DNA of 64,000 nt from Calditrichia bacterium (GTDB lineage Bacteria; Calditrichota; Calditrichia; JAJRVZ01): NCBI GenBank assembly GCA_963777955.1, contig CAVZSQ010000013.1:96001-160000 (forward strand), written 5' to 3'. Positions 52,769-64,000 of the stretch are shown piece after piece. The notes under the pieces are model-generated. The model ran no database searches and was not told the origin of the DNA. It saw only the letters and a list, made by a program, of their open reading frames with translations. A program made the position numbers and the translations under genes. How positions within the stretch are numbered: the first letter of the stretch is position 1; every line of letters starts with the position of its first letter.

Positions 52769-54264
52769 ATGCTTATGAAAATTTTGACCCGTTATATTAT
52801 CCGCGAACATATTCCGCCGTTCATTTTTTCCATGGCCATTATAATGTTCCTTTTTCTGATGCAATTCATGCTGAAATATATCACTAAAATTTTCGGTAAA
52901 GGGCTCTCGTATTTCACGATTATTGAACTGGTTTTTTACAACCTGGCCTGGATGTTTGCTCTGGCTGTACCGATGGCCGTGCTCATAGCCGCGTTGATGT
53001 CGTTCGGGCGGTTTTCCGCTGACAATGAGATCACCATCTTAAAATCATGCGGTATCAGCGTCTATCGCATCATCAACCCGGCCCTGTTTTTTGCCGGATT
53101 TATCACTATTGCCATGATACTGTTTAACGATAAGGTATTGCCAGACTTTAATCATCGTGCCCGGGTTATGTTTTCTAATATCGGCCAAAAAAAGGCAACG
53201 CTGAAATTGGAACCGGGCATATTCTTTTCATTGGACCGCTATTCATTTTATGTTGACAAAATGGATAAAACTCTCGGTGAAGAACTCGATGATCGCACCA
53301 ATCTTCTGGGCCCCGAATATGATGTGGAAACCAGACCCGATAAATTGTTGAATATCTCGATCTTCGATCATAGCAACAATACCAAAACAGTCACGATTAC
53401 CGCGGCCGAGGGGTACATGGTATATTCCCAAATCCGCAAAAGTCTGATCTTTACCCTGTTCGAAGGTGAATATCATGAATTGAATAACCTGAATCCCGAG
53501 GAATACCGTTTTTCTCATTTCTCCCGGAATATCTTTTATATCCCCGCTCCGGAGTTTGCCTTCGAGAATAAAGAAGATAGTTATCGCGGAGATCGCGAGA
53601 TGAACATAGACATGATGAGTGCGAGAGTCGACACCAGTTATAAGAAGATGCGCCAGGAACAGCAGCAAATCGTACAGACTTTCAAGAAATACTGGCAGCC
53701 GATTGCCGTGAATATGAATGCCGTCAGCATCCGCAGTTCTGCGACCATCTGCTGAAAATGAGGTAAAGAATCAGTCGCTGCTGGAGCAGGTGAATAATGC
53801 TATTTTCACCCGCGGTGCTGAACGGGCGCATCGCAAAATCAACCGGCTCTATCAGAGTTTACGTTCGTCCCAGAGCAAAATTGAGAGTAATCGCGAAATA
53901 ATTAACCGGTACATGGTCGAAATCCATAAAAAATTTTCTATTCCCTTTGCCAGTATTGTTTTTATTTTAATAGGCGCTCCGCTGGGTATCGCAGCCCGCC
54001 GCGGCAGTTTAGGTATGGGAGCAACATTGAGTATTATTTTCTTCCTGATCTACTGGTCCTTTTTAATACTGGGAGAAGACCTGGCTGACCGGGAGTTGCT
54101 TACCCCTTTATTGGCCATGTGGTTTCCGAATATACTGATCGGTACAGCGGGCACTGTATATGACCTGGCGAACCATAAAGGGAACCACCATCATCCAGTG
54201 GGAAAATTTAGGTTTAAAATTGAAAGCATGGCTAAAGGAACGAAGATTTTTCAAAAAATCATAA
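52769..54264 (+). CDS. lptF: LPS export permease LptF (frameshifts near 53740 and 54155)
   Basis: ILTRYIIRE, DNEITILKSCGIS, EIHKKFSIPFA, PLLAMWFPN. Confidence 0.85.
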
Positions 54265-54296
54265 CAGATAAAATTCATTCAAATCGATTATAGCTC

Positions 54297-55373
54297 ATGA
54301 CCATTCTTGACAGATATTTAGTAAAAAAATTTATTTTTAATCTACTCTTCGGTATTTTTGCCTTTGTGATCGTTTTCCTGGTGATCGATTTAGTTGAAAA
54401 TATCGATAAATTCCTCGACCTCAAGGTTAAATTTGTCACAATTCTCATCTATTATCTTTACTATATCCCCTATATTGTCAGCCTTACTCTACCGATGTCC
54501 ATGTTGTTGGCCTGCCTGTTTGCTTTGGGCAGTATGTCCCAGCACAATGAAATTATTGCCCAGAAAAGTGCGGGTATCAGTTTGTACCGTATTACCCTGC
54601 CTTTACTTGTACTGGCCCTGCTAATCAGCGTGCTATCCGGATTTTTCAACGAAATGGTAGTCCCGGTCACGAACCAGGCTCGCCTCGATATCTACCGTTA
54701 TGATATAAAAAATAATCCCCGCAGCATCGGTACAAAGCGTAACAATATTTATATCCAGGACCTCAAAAACCGCAAGGTTTCCATTGCCTATTTCAACGGA
54801 AACACCAAAGAAGCCCTGACGGTCAGTATACAGTACTTTAACGGTCCGTTGCTGGTGCGGCGTCTTGATGCAAAAAAAATGCACTGGCAGGATTCCACCT
54901 GGGTACTGCAGGATATCGTCGAGCGTACGATCACGGACACCGTCGAGAACCTGAGTTCTTATCCGCAACTGATAATGAATGATCTGAATTTTAAACCGGA
55001 AAGTCTGCTGGAAGTCCAGAAGAATCCGGAAGAGATGAGTTACAGCGAATTGAAAATTTTCATTGCCGAAATGGATCGGATCGGGGCAGAAATCAGAAAA
55101 TGGGTGGTCGAACTTTATTTGAAGATATCTTACCCCTTCTCCAATTTTATTATAATCCTGTTTGGTGCACCTATTGCTGCCCAGAAAAGAAGAAGCGGTA
55201 CAGCGGTCGGTATAGGGATAAGTCTGATGGTATGCTTTATTTATTTCATGATCATGCGCACCGGCCAGGTGTTGGGACATCAGGGAACCATCGTACCCTG
55301 GCTGGCAGCCTGGATCGGTAATATTATTTTTGGCCTGGCGGGTATTTTTATCATGATTAAAGTACGTAAATAA
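54297..55373 (+). CDS. lptG: LPS export permease LptG
   Basis: MTILDRYL, NEIIAQKSAGIS, PEEMS..EL, PWLAAWIGN. Confidence 0.88.
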   Translation: MTILDRYLVKKFIFNLLFGIFAFVIVFLVIDLVENIDKFLDLKVKFVTILIYYLYYIPYIVSLTLPMSMLLACLFALGSMSQHNEIIAQKSAGISLYRITLPLLVLALLISVLSGFFNEMVVPVTNQARLDIYRYDIKNNPRSIGTKRNNIYIQDLKNRKVSIAYFNGNTKEALTVSIQYFNGPLLVRRLDAKKMHWQDSTWVLQDIVERTITDTVENLSSYPQLIMNDLNFKPESLLEVQKNPEEMSYSELKIFIAEMDRIGAEIRKWVVELYLKISYPFSNFIIILFGAPIAAQKRRSGTAVGIGISLMVCFIYFMIMRTGQVLGHQGTIVPWLAAWIGNIIFGLAGIFIMIKVRK

Positions 55374-55375
55374 TA

Positions 55376-55407
55376 AGGGACAGAGAGACAAAGAGACAAA
55401 GGGACAA
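55376..55407 (+). repeat. Octamer tandem array AG(A/G)GACA(A/G) x4
   Basis: AGGGACAG AGAGACAA AGAGACAA AGGGACAA right after the lptG stop. Confidence 0.8.
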
Positions 55408-55468
55408 TGTAGGCACTTAAATATGCGCCCTTATCGAAATACGACAAAAGCGAATTAAATAACCCACC

Positions 55469-55515
55469 CCCTGCCCCTCCCTGTCAGCCAATAGGCTGAC
55501 AGGGAGGGGCCAGGG
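55469..55515. repeat. GC-rich 17-bp perfect hairpin (REP-like)
   Basis: GCCCCTCCCTGTCAGCC-AATA-GGCTGACAGGGAGGGGC with no U-tract. Confidence 0.75.
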
Positions 55516-55525
55516 ATCATACATG

Positions 55526-55570
55526 AAAAAAAAGGCCTGTCCGGCGAATGCCGGACAGGCCTTTTTCTTT
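55526..55570. terminator. Bidirectional intrinsic terminator
   Basis: A8-GGCCTGTCCGGC-GAAT-GCCGGACAGGCC-T5 between convergent genes. Confidence 0.9.
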
Positions 55571-55584
55571 ACTTAAAACTATGA

Positions 55585-58500
55585 TTACTTCACCAGCATG
55601 GTCTTGATAACCTTGTTAAATTGCTTGCCGCTGGGAATACCCCTGGCGTTGAAGCGGAAGATATACATACCACTGGCTACATTCGAGCCGGTATTATTTC
55701 TGCCGTTCCACTGCAGTTTGTAATAACCGGCCGGTTGTTTTACAGAACCAAAGGAAAATACTTCCTGGCCCAGGATATTATAGACAACCAGACCGATATC
55801 AGCTGCTTCAGGCAATTCATATTGGACCGTAGTCGAGATATTAAAAGGATTCGGATAATTCTGGCTTAAACTGTATTTGGCTGGCGCCAGAACTTCCACT
55901 GTCTACCTTATCGGCGAAATGAACTCCACCGGTATAATCCACGCTGAGCAACCGGTAATAATACTTAATACCGACCTGTACACCTTCATCAATGAAAGAG
56001 TATGCGGTCTCTACGGAACTGTTGCCCTGGCCATCCAGCCTGCCGATTTCAGTGTAGTCCACTTCTGCTGTCTCGGCACGTTCAATCATGAAATACAAAT
56101 TACCAAGTTCACTGGCGGTGGTCCAGTGCAGCTCGACCTTACCGCGGTTTGTTTCGGCGCTGAAGGCTATTAATTGTACAGGCAGACTTTGATCATCTTC
56201 AGCATCACTGAGTAACAGTGTATCGACTACTCCGCGGCTGAAAGTTAAACCACTGACCACGAATTCATTGCTGGTAGTATTGTGCGAAGTGGGATCAATC
56301 GGACCCACCCAGCTGGTTCCGCTGCGGCGCCATAAGTTAAGATTTGCTTCGGTCATGACACCTAATTCCTGATCGGTATAATAAATAGTAAGATCGGTAG
56401 TAGCCGTTCCGTTACCCGCCGGAAATACTATATAATGGCGGGCCGATGAACGCGAGGCTGATGGAATGACCACGTCACGCAATTCTACGGTAACCTGACC
56501 GAATTGTCCGGCTGCCGATGGATCCAGGATCAAGTCATTGCCAAAAGTCACTGCGCCGCTGCCCGATACATCCGATACCTGAATGAAAGTCCAGCGCAAA
56601 TGGTTGCCGGGATCATTTTCGAAGCGGGCACTGGATAAACCACCCAGGTAGTCGGTAAACATCAGACTACCACTGCCCGAGTAATCGACATTATAAGTCG
56701 GTCCGCTGTAAAATTGCGTACCATCGATAGTCAGAGCCTGAGTATTTGCTATTTGCAGGTAAGCTGTTCCGATACCATTCTGGAAAATAGTGTTGGCAAA
56801 ATTATCCGTGGCATTGATGGTCGCACCGTCAGGAATAATGATACCTGCAGCACCAGTGGCACCTAAATAATTAAAGCGGGCATAGTTTGCTGCAATTGTA
56901 CCTCCGCTTTGCAATATTAGCTGATAATTGCCGCTGGTCAGTCTGGTAATTTCAGCCAGGCTTGAGGCACCGCTGCCGATGACCGCCAGTGTTCCACCGG
57001 AGGAAACCGTAATATCGGTTCCGTCATACATCTGCACCACACCGCCGGCATCCACTTCCATGCGTCCACTGACCTGCACGGCATCGCTACCGGCATCACC
57101 AAATGTTAATGTACGGTTAGCCACATCGAACGTACCTGCCGTAACAGTCAGGTTCCCATTAATATCCAGGTTGGCAGCCAGAGCATAACTCACACCACTG
57201 GCGGCATTGATCGTAACACTATTAAAACTCGAAACATTGTTATTGATAGTATAGGTTCCTGCTGAGCCGTCAAAGGTGACCAGAGCTGCACCGGCAGTAA
57301 AGGTACCGCTGTTAGCCCAGTTGCCGCCCACTGTTATATTCTGACCGTTGGCATTAAGCGTGGCATTCACATTGATGGTAAGATTATTATTGACATCCAT
57401 GCTGGTGGTGCTCAAACTTACCGTGTTAGTTGTCGCTATCACCAGATTATAGAAAGCATTGGCAGCACCGGCATTCACACTCTGTGCTGCGATGCCATCT
57501 AACGTAGTGGTACCATTGCGGGCATTGAAAGTCCCCAGGTTGACCCAGTTGCCAGCGACATTCATACTATAGTTGCTGGCACCAACATCGAATGTCCCGC
57601 TGGAATCAATGAAACTACCATTGATATCGATATTGCCAACCAGGATTGCCGAGCCTGCAGATTTATTCAGCAGCAGGTTATAGAATCGTTTACCGACCAC
57701 TGTACCGCCGGTGGTAATTGTCTGGCTACCGCTTCCGCTAAATGCAACAGTTGAACTATTGGCATTGAATACCCCGTTGGTATTGGTAAAGTTAACGCCG
57801 ACCCGCAGCATGCCCGCATTGGTAATGGTCAGAGTTCCGGAATTGGTTATCGATCCGCCCAAACTGAGGGTATCCCCATCCGAGATGGTTAAAAAGCCAT
57901 TGGTGTTGATGGTCACATTTCTGGCCACCTGTCGGTTGCGAACCACCGGATCCCGCGAAACATCGGGAATAATAGCATCGTCGCTGGCCGTTGGCACACC
58001 CAGGGTCCAGTTTCCTGCCGTGGCCCAGTTATCGCTGACTGCACCGGTCCACCTGCTGACAATAACCAGGTTGGTCCAATTAACTATATTACCCGGATCG
58101 TATTCATACAATAGGTCCGGCAAATTCTCCATAAGCCTGATCGAAGGTAAAACCGTCATCCGTATTGGTCTTATAAACATTGTATGGAGTGGTACCACCA
58201 GGATTGGTCAGGAAACCTGTGTTGGTAACTGTAAATGTATTAGTACCAGCCAGATCCGCCATCTGCAGTAAAATGCCGCTGGCAGTTCCATTATCAAAGG
58301 TAGTGTTACTGAAGTTATCAGTCGCATCCAGAGTTGCACCTGATTGCAGATTGATACCCGCGCTATTCATATATTCAAATGCAGCGTAATTAGCATGAAT
58401 CGTAGCACCTGAACTGACCGTGAATCCATAGCGATCGCTGGCACCTGTACCGCTGAAGCGGGTTACGGTGGCCAGGCTGCCTGATGTACCGACAATCATT

Positions 58501-61500
58501 ATCGTTCCACCGCTATTTACGGTTAATGCGGAGCCGGAGTTACTGCCGCTGAACATCCTTAAATTGGCATTATCATCGACGTTCAAAGTTCCGCTTACTG
58601 AGATCGCATCGGTTACCGCATCGCCAAATTGCAGCGCATTACCATTCAGATCCAGTATACCGGCAGTGACGGTCAGGTTACCATTGACTACATTGGTACC
58701 ACCTGCCAACTGATAGGTAACTCCCGCTGCATTAATTGTCACCAGACCCAGACTGGAGTTTCCATCATTGATCGTATAGGTACCGCTGGAACCGTCAAAG
58801 GTCAAAGTACCGGTACTGGGAGTAAAAGTACCGCTGTTGATAAAACTGCCCGCCACATTGATATTGTTGGTATTGGCATTAACTGTTCCGCTGCTGATAG
58901 TCAGATTTCCGTTTACTTCCAGAGCGTTGCCTGCAGTCATTAGCAGGGTACCTGCTGTTTTATTAACCGTAAAATTATTGAACGCCTTATTGACACCGGT
59001 GCCGCCCGATACCAAAACTTGAGTACCAGTACCGTCAAAGGATATGGTACTGCTACCGGCAGTCAGAATACCAGCAGAGTTAGTCCAATTACCGGCGAAG
59101 GTATGAGTATAACTGCCGGCGCTGAATGTCACACCACTGTTAATTGTGAAGTTATTGTTCACATCGATAGCAGCAGTGGCAGTCTTGGTTCCGCTACCGG
59201 CCAGAACCAGAGCGTAGAAACCACCGCTTAATGATTGAGCAGCGCCATCCAGTGTGACCGTACTGGAACCGGAGAAAGTGCCGCTGTTAATCCAATTACC
59301 GGCTGCTGTGATAGTGCTGGCACCTGTAGACCAGGTACCGGCAATAGTGACATCTCCTTCAACATTAACGCGTGAAAGTTCCGGTACTCAGCGTTCCGGC
59401 AGTGATTGTTAAAGCACCGCCGATATTGGGATTGCCGGCAGTGACAGTTGCTATTCCTGCGGATTTATTGATAGTTAAATTATAGAATGATCCGGCCAGC
59501 GCATCAACATCCAGGTTCTGGGCTGCAGCTCCATCAATGGTCACCGTACCATTGCGGGCTGTAAACGAACCATCGTTATCCCAATCGCCGCCCACATTTA
59601 CCGTATAGTTAGAAGCAGTCACATCAAGGGCTGCACCATTTTGTATGACCAGAGTATTGTTGACATCCAGGTTACCGGCCAGGATTGTTGCTGCCTGTAC
59701 CGTTAAATTATAGAATCCTTTGCCCGTCCCGGCACCGCCCGTGGTCAGAGTTCCATTGCCACTCAACTGTACTGTACCGTTCCGGGGAGTAAGAGTGCCA
59801 TTATTAGTCCAATTACGTGCTAAAATAATCGTGAAGTTGGAGGTACCTATATCCAGTGTACCACTCTGGATGGTCAGATCATGGTTTACACTCAGGGCAG
59901 AGGATAAAATAGCCGACCCGGTGGATTTATTGATCACCAGATCATAAAGAGGTTTACCCGAAGCCGAACCACCCGCACTCACACTCTGATCAATGGTTCC
60001 GTCCAGGATAACTGTTGAAGTATTAGGTGTCAGCAGACCGGCATTGATATAATCTCCACCGACACGCAATACCGACGTGGCACCCATGACCATATAACCG
60101 CTGTTATTGACACTTCTGCGCATACGCAGAGTATCAGTGGCACTGACAGTCAAAGTAACCCCGCTTTCAATGGTAACGCCGCGGGCCAAACGGGTGTTTG
60201 TAACAACAGGATACGGTGTGCTGCCATTGGGGATATAAGATTCCTGGGTTGAATCGGGAGCAACACCACCGACCCAGTTGCTGCCGGTTCCCCAGTTAGT
60301 CGTTCCGCCACCGGCCCAGACAATTGTCACGATTATATTCGTCCAGGTAATGGTATTTTCCACTCCGGGTTCATTATCATAGGTTTCACCGGCAAACGGT
60401 CCAAAAGCTTCATCAAAATTCAGAATTTCAGTCGCTCCGGCTGTGGTACGATCAACATTATATGGAGTGGTTCCTCCCGGATTGCGTAAAAATCCGGTGG
60501 TACTTATTGTATAGGTCGCACTGCCGCTTAAATCTCCAACGGCAATATATCGGCCGCTGGCAGCACCATTGTCAAAATTTGTATTGTTGAAATTATAAGT
60601 CGCATCTAAGATCGCACCATCATTTAAGACGATGCCGCTCGTGTTCATATATTCGAACAGGGCATAACTGGAAGCCATGGTACCGCCGGAAAACACCCTG
60701 AATCCGTAGCGATCACTGGCACCGGTTCCGTTATAGCGGGTAACCGTGCCGCGGCTTCCGGCCGATCCTACTATCCGGGCAGTTCCACCGCTGGTGACTG
60801 ATACCCGTGAACCCGAGCCTGAACTGGTGAATAAGCGCAAATAAGCACCGGCATCCACTTCCAGGGTACCGGCTACTCCGATCGTATCGGTATTACTGTC
60901 ACCAAAATTCAAAGTACGGCTGTTCAAGTCCAGCGTTCCGGAAGTGATCATTAAATTTGCATTAATGGTGAGATTGTTTGTCAACTGATATATTCTTCCC
61001 GGCGCATTCACCGTGACCAGACCGAATGCCGAAGACCCGGCATCAATATTAAAGGGGCCGACGGTGCTGGCATCAAAAGTAAGTGTACCGGAACTGGCCT
61101 GGAAAGAACCCGCATTGCTGAAATTACCGGCTACATACATATCATTTGTATTTGCATTCAGAGTACCGCTGCTGATGGTCAGGTTTCCGTTGAGTTCCAG
61201 AGCATTACCGGCGGCCAGGATGACCATCCCGGAAGATTTGCTGATCGTTACATTATTAAATTGCCGCGTCGATCCGATTCCGCCCGAAGTTACAGTCTGT
61301 GTCGTGCCGCTGCCGTCGAAAGTGAAAGTACTGCTGCTGGCATTCAACGATCCGCTGTTCGTAAAATTACCGGCCAGTGTATGGGTAAAACTTTGTAAAT
61401 TATAAGTCACACCGCCGTTGACGGTCAGGTAGCCGTTGACATCGACAACGCCACTCGCTGTTTTGGATCCGCTGCCAGCCAGAGTCAGGTTATTAAAACT

Positions 61501-64000
61501 GCCGGCCAGAGATTGGGTGGTACCATCCAAAGTCACTATACCGGAACTGGTAAATGTTCCGCTCGATGACCAGTCACCGGCAACTGTGATGGTATTCCCG
61601 CCAGTGGTTAATGTACCCGTGTTGGTTACACTGCCATTGATGTCAGCATTCTGGTTTTGCAGGCTGAATGTACCGGACTGTACATTTAAATTATTACCGA
61701 CGGTGAGCGGACCTTCACTTAAAGTCAGAGTTCCGGCGGATTTATTAACTGTGAGATTATAAAAGGCCGCTACACCGGAAACAGCATCCATGGTTTGCGC
61801 ACCGCTACCATCAAATATAACCGTTCCATTACGGGAATAAAAGGTCCCGTCATTATCCCAGAGACCCCCCAGGTAGATTGAATAATTGCTGGTACTGACA
61901 TCGAACAGGGTACCGGTTTCAATGGTCAGATTATTATTTATATCAATGTCTCCGGCCAGGATGACATTTGCTGCCGGTGTACCGTACATCCGGATATTAT
62001 AGAAACCTTTGCCGTATCCTGTTCCACCGGAGGTCATTACCGTGTAGTTTTCAAACAGGATAGTCCCCTGTCGCGCGATGAATGTTCCGGCATTATTCCA
62101 GTTTCCACCGATACTCAGTTGATAATTATTTACTGTAACATCCAGCGTACCCTGGGTCAGATCAAAATTATTGGTTATTTTAACTGCCCCGCTTAAAAAT
62201 ACGGTTCCGTTAGTTTTATTAATCTGAACATTGTAAAAAGATTTGGATGGTGCCGTGCCGCCGCTGGTAATGGTCTGATCTTCCGCGCCATTAAATACAA
62301 AGGTCGATGCATTCGTAGTCAGCGATCCTGTATTTTCATAATTTCCGGCTACCATCATAAATGAATTATTCTGCAATAACAAGATACCGGCGCTGGACAG
62401 ACTGCCGGTCAGCACCAGGGTATCCGCAGATGAAATGGTAACAAATCCTCCGGTGGCGATGGTCATGGTTTTGGCATATTGCGTATTACTGACTATAGGA
62501 TCGTTGGTTACATTGGGAATATATACATCGTCATCGGAGGTAGGCAGAACACTTCCCTGCCAGTTACCGGCATTGGACCACACACTGTTCACGGCGCCGG
62601 TCCAGGCGATCGCCACAGTTGTATTAGTCCAGGAAATTAAATTACTACCCGGTTCGGCCGGATCCAGATCGTAACTTTCCCCGGCAAATACACCATAGGC
62701 AGCATCAAATTAGAGCGTATCAGAGGAATTGCTTTTTTCGACATTATAACTGGCTCCAGCGGGAGCACTTATAAATCCGACATTGTTTATATTGAAAAAT
62801 TGATTAGTACCGTGAAATATCACCAATGTACAGATAGCGCCCATCGGTACGGCCGTTATCGAACTGGGTATCACTGAAATTATTGGTTGTATTCAGGACA
62901 GCACCATCATTCAAATGAATACCTGCCCCGTTCATATATTCAAATTTGGCATAGCGTGCTTCGATGGTAGCGCCGGAATTTACAGTAAAGGTATAGCGAT
63001 CGTTACTCTGCGTCCCATTGAAGCGGGTTACATTGGCCAGATTTCCGGAAATACCCACAACCCGTATTGAACCGCCGCTGTTCACCGAAACGACCGACCC
63101 GGTATCCGTAGTGGTAAATATCCGCAGCACTGCTCCTTCATCCACATCCATCGTTCCGGACACTTTTATCGAGTCGTTGCTGTTGTCACCAAATTCCAGG
63201 ATCTGTCCGCTCAAATCGAATGTACCGGCCTGAATGGTCAGATCGCCATTGATATCAGTCTGTTCCGTTAATTGATAAATCACCATGGGTGCATTTATCT
63301 TGACCAGGGCAAAACCTGAACTACCATCGGCGATGGTCGGAGTGCCTGATACAGCATCGAAAATAACTTCGCCGATTCCGGCGGTCCAGGTAATAGTACC
63401 GTTGTTACTCCAGTTTCCACCGACATAAATCTGGTTACCGTCAAAGGTCATGGTTCCTGCTTGCAGGGTAAAATTACCGTTTATCTCTATATTATTAGTG
63501 ACCGGTAATGAGACAGTACCGGCTGTTTTGTTAATACTGAAATTATTAAAAGTCTTTATTACTACCGATGCCGCCGGTGGTAACGGTCTGGGTAGAGGCG
63601 CTGCCGTCAAATACTATAGTACCGGTACCCGCATCGAATATTCCGTTGGTGTTATCCCAGTTGCCACCCAGGGTATGAGAATAACTGGCAGCATCAAAGG
63701 TGACGCTGCTATTGATGGTGATATTACCGTTAATATCCAGAATCCCGCCTGCCGTCTTGGTGCCGCTGCCGCCCATGATCACATTGTTGAACATGCCGCT
63801 AAGCGTTTGATCAGCACCATCAAAGGTCAAAGTGTTGGTACCGGTAAGTTGGCCCCCTGCACCAATCCAATCTCCGGCGGCGGCAATCGTACCGCTACCC
63901 GTCAGCGTACCCCCGGAAAGGGTGGTCGTTCCATCTATATTGACAGCATTGGCGGCAAAATCCAGAGTTCCTGCCGTCATGGTAAAAGCTCCGCTGATTT
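55585..64000 (-). CDS. Giant repetitive T9SS cargo/adhesin (>2,800 aa, 5' end outside window, frameshifted)
   Basis: G/T/N/S-rich beta-repeats; LPVQLIAFSA...HWTTASELGN module; CTD LSQNYPNPFN...YNILGQEV...VASGMYIF. Confidence 0.88.

Noticed and set aside
54633..55391. 252-aa minus-strand ORF
   Set aside because: Antisense shadow of lptG; its start lies in the octamer repeat.

Overview
A 64-kb stretch of bacterial chromosome. The gene set (T9SS SprA, PorV/PorQ-like barrels, CTD cargo, TonB receptors, MglAB) suggests an FCB-group relative such as Calditrichota/KSB1; this is inference only. From left to right: (1) an AT-rich, probably acquired 2.8-kb segment with a degenerate attC-like site and mobile-element debris; (2) a TonB receptor plus lipoprotein; (3) a minus-strand operon of TonB receptor, T9SS cargo and PorV-like barrel; (4) metabolic genes (M20 hydrolase, dGTPase-like, lipid kinase, ROK kinase, S41 protease, GH57, pdaD-speB, MFS); (5) an eight-gene MglA/MglB-roadblock-PATAN-two-component module; (6) priA, rpsF-rpsR-rplI with an S6:S18-type leader, pth, rplY, tRNA-Gln and ispE; (7) a T9SS-associated run from sprA to two PorV-like genes; (8) lptFG; (9) the 3' end (>2,800 codons) of a giant T9SS cargo built from ~760-aa repeats. 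Many genes are split by single-base indels, including priA and lptF, which are normally conserved, so these are most likely sequencing errors. All product calls come from motif recognition, not database searches.
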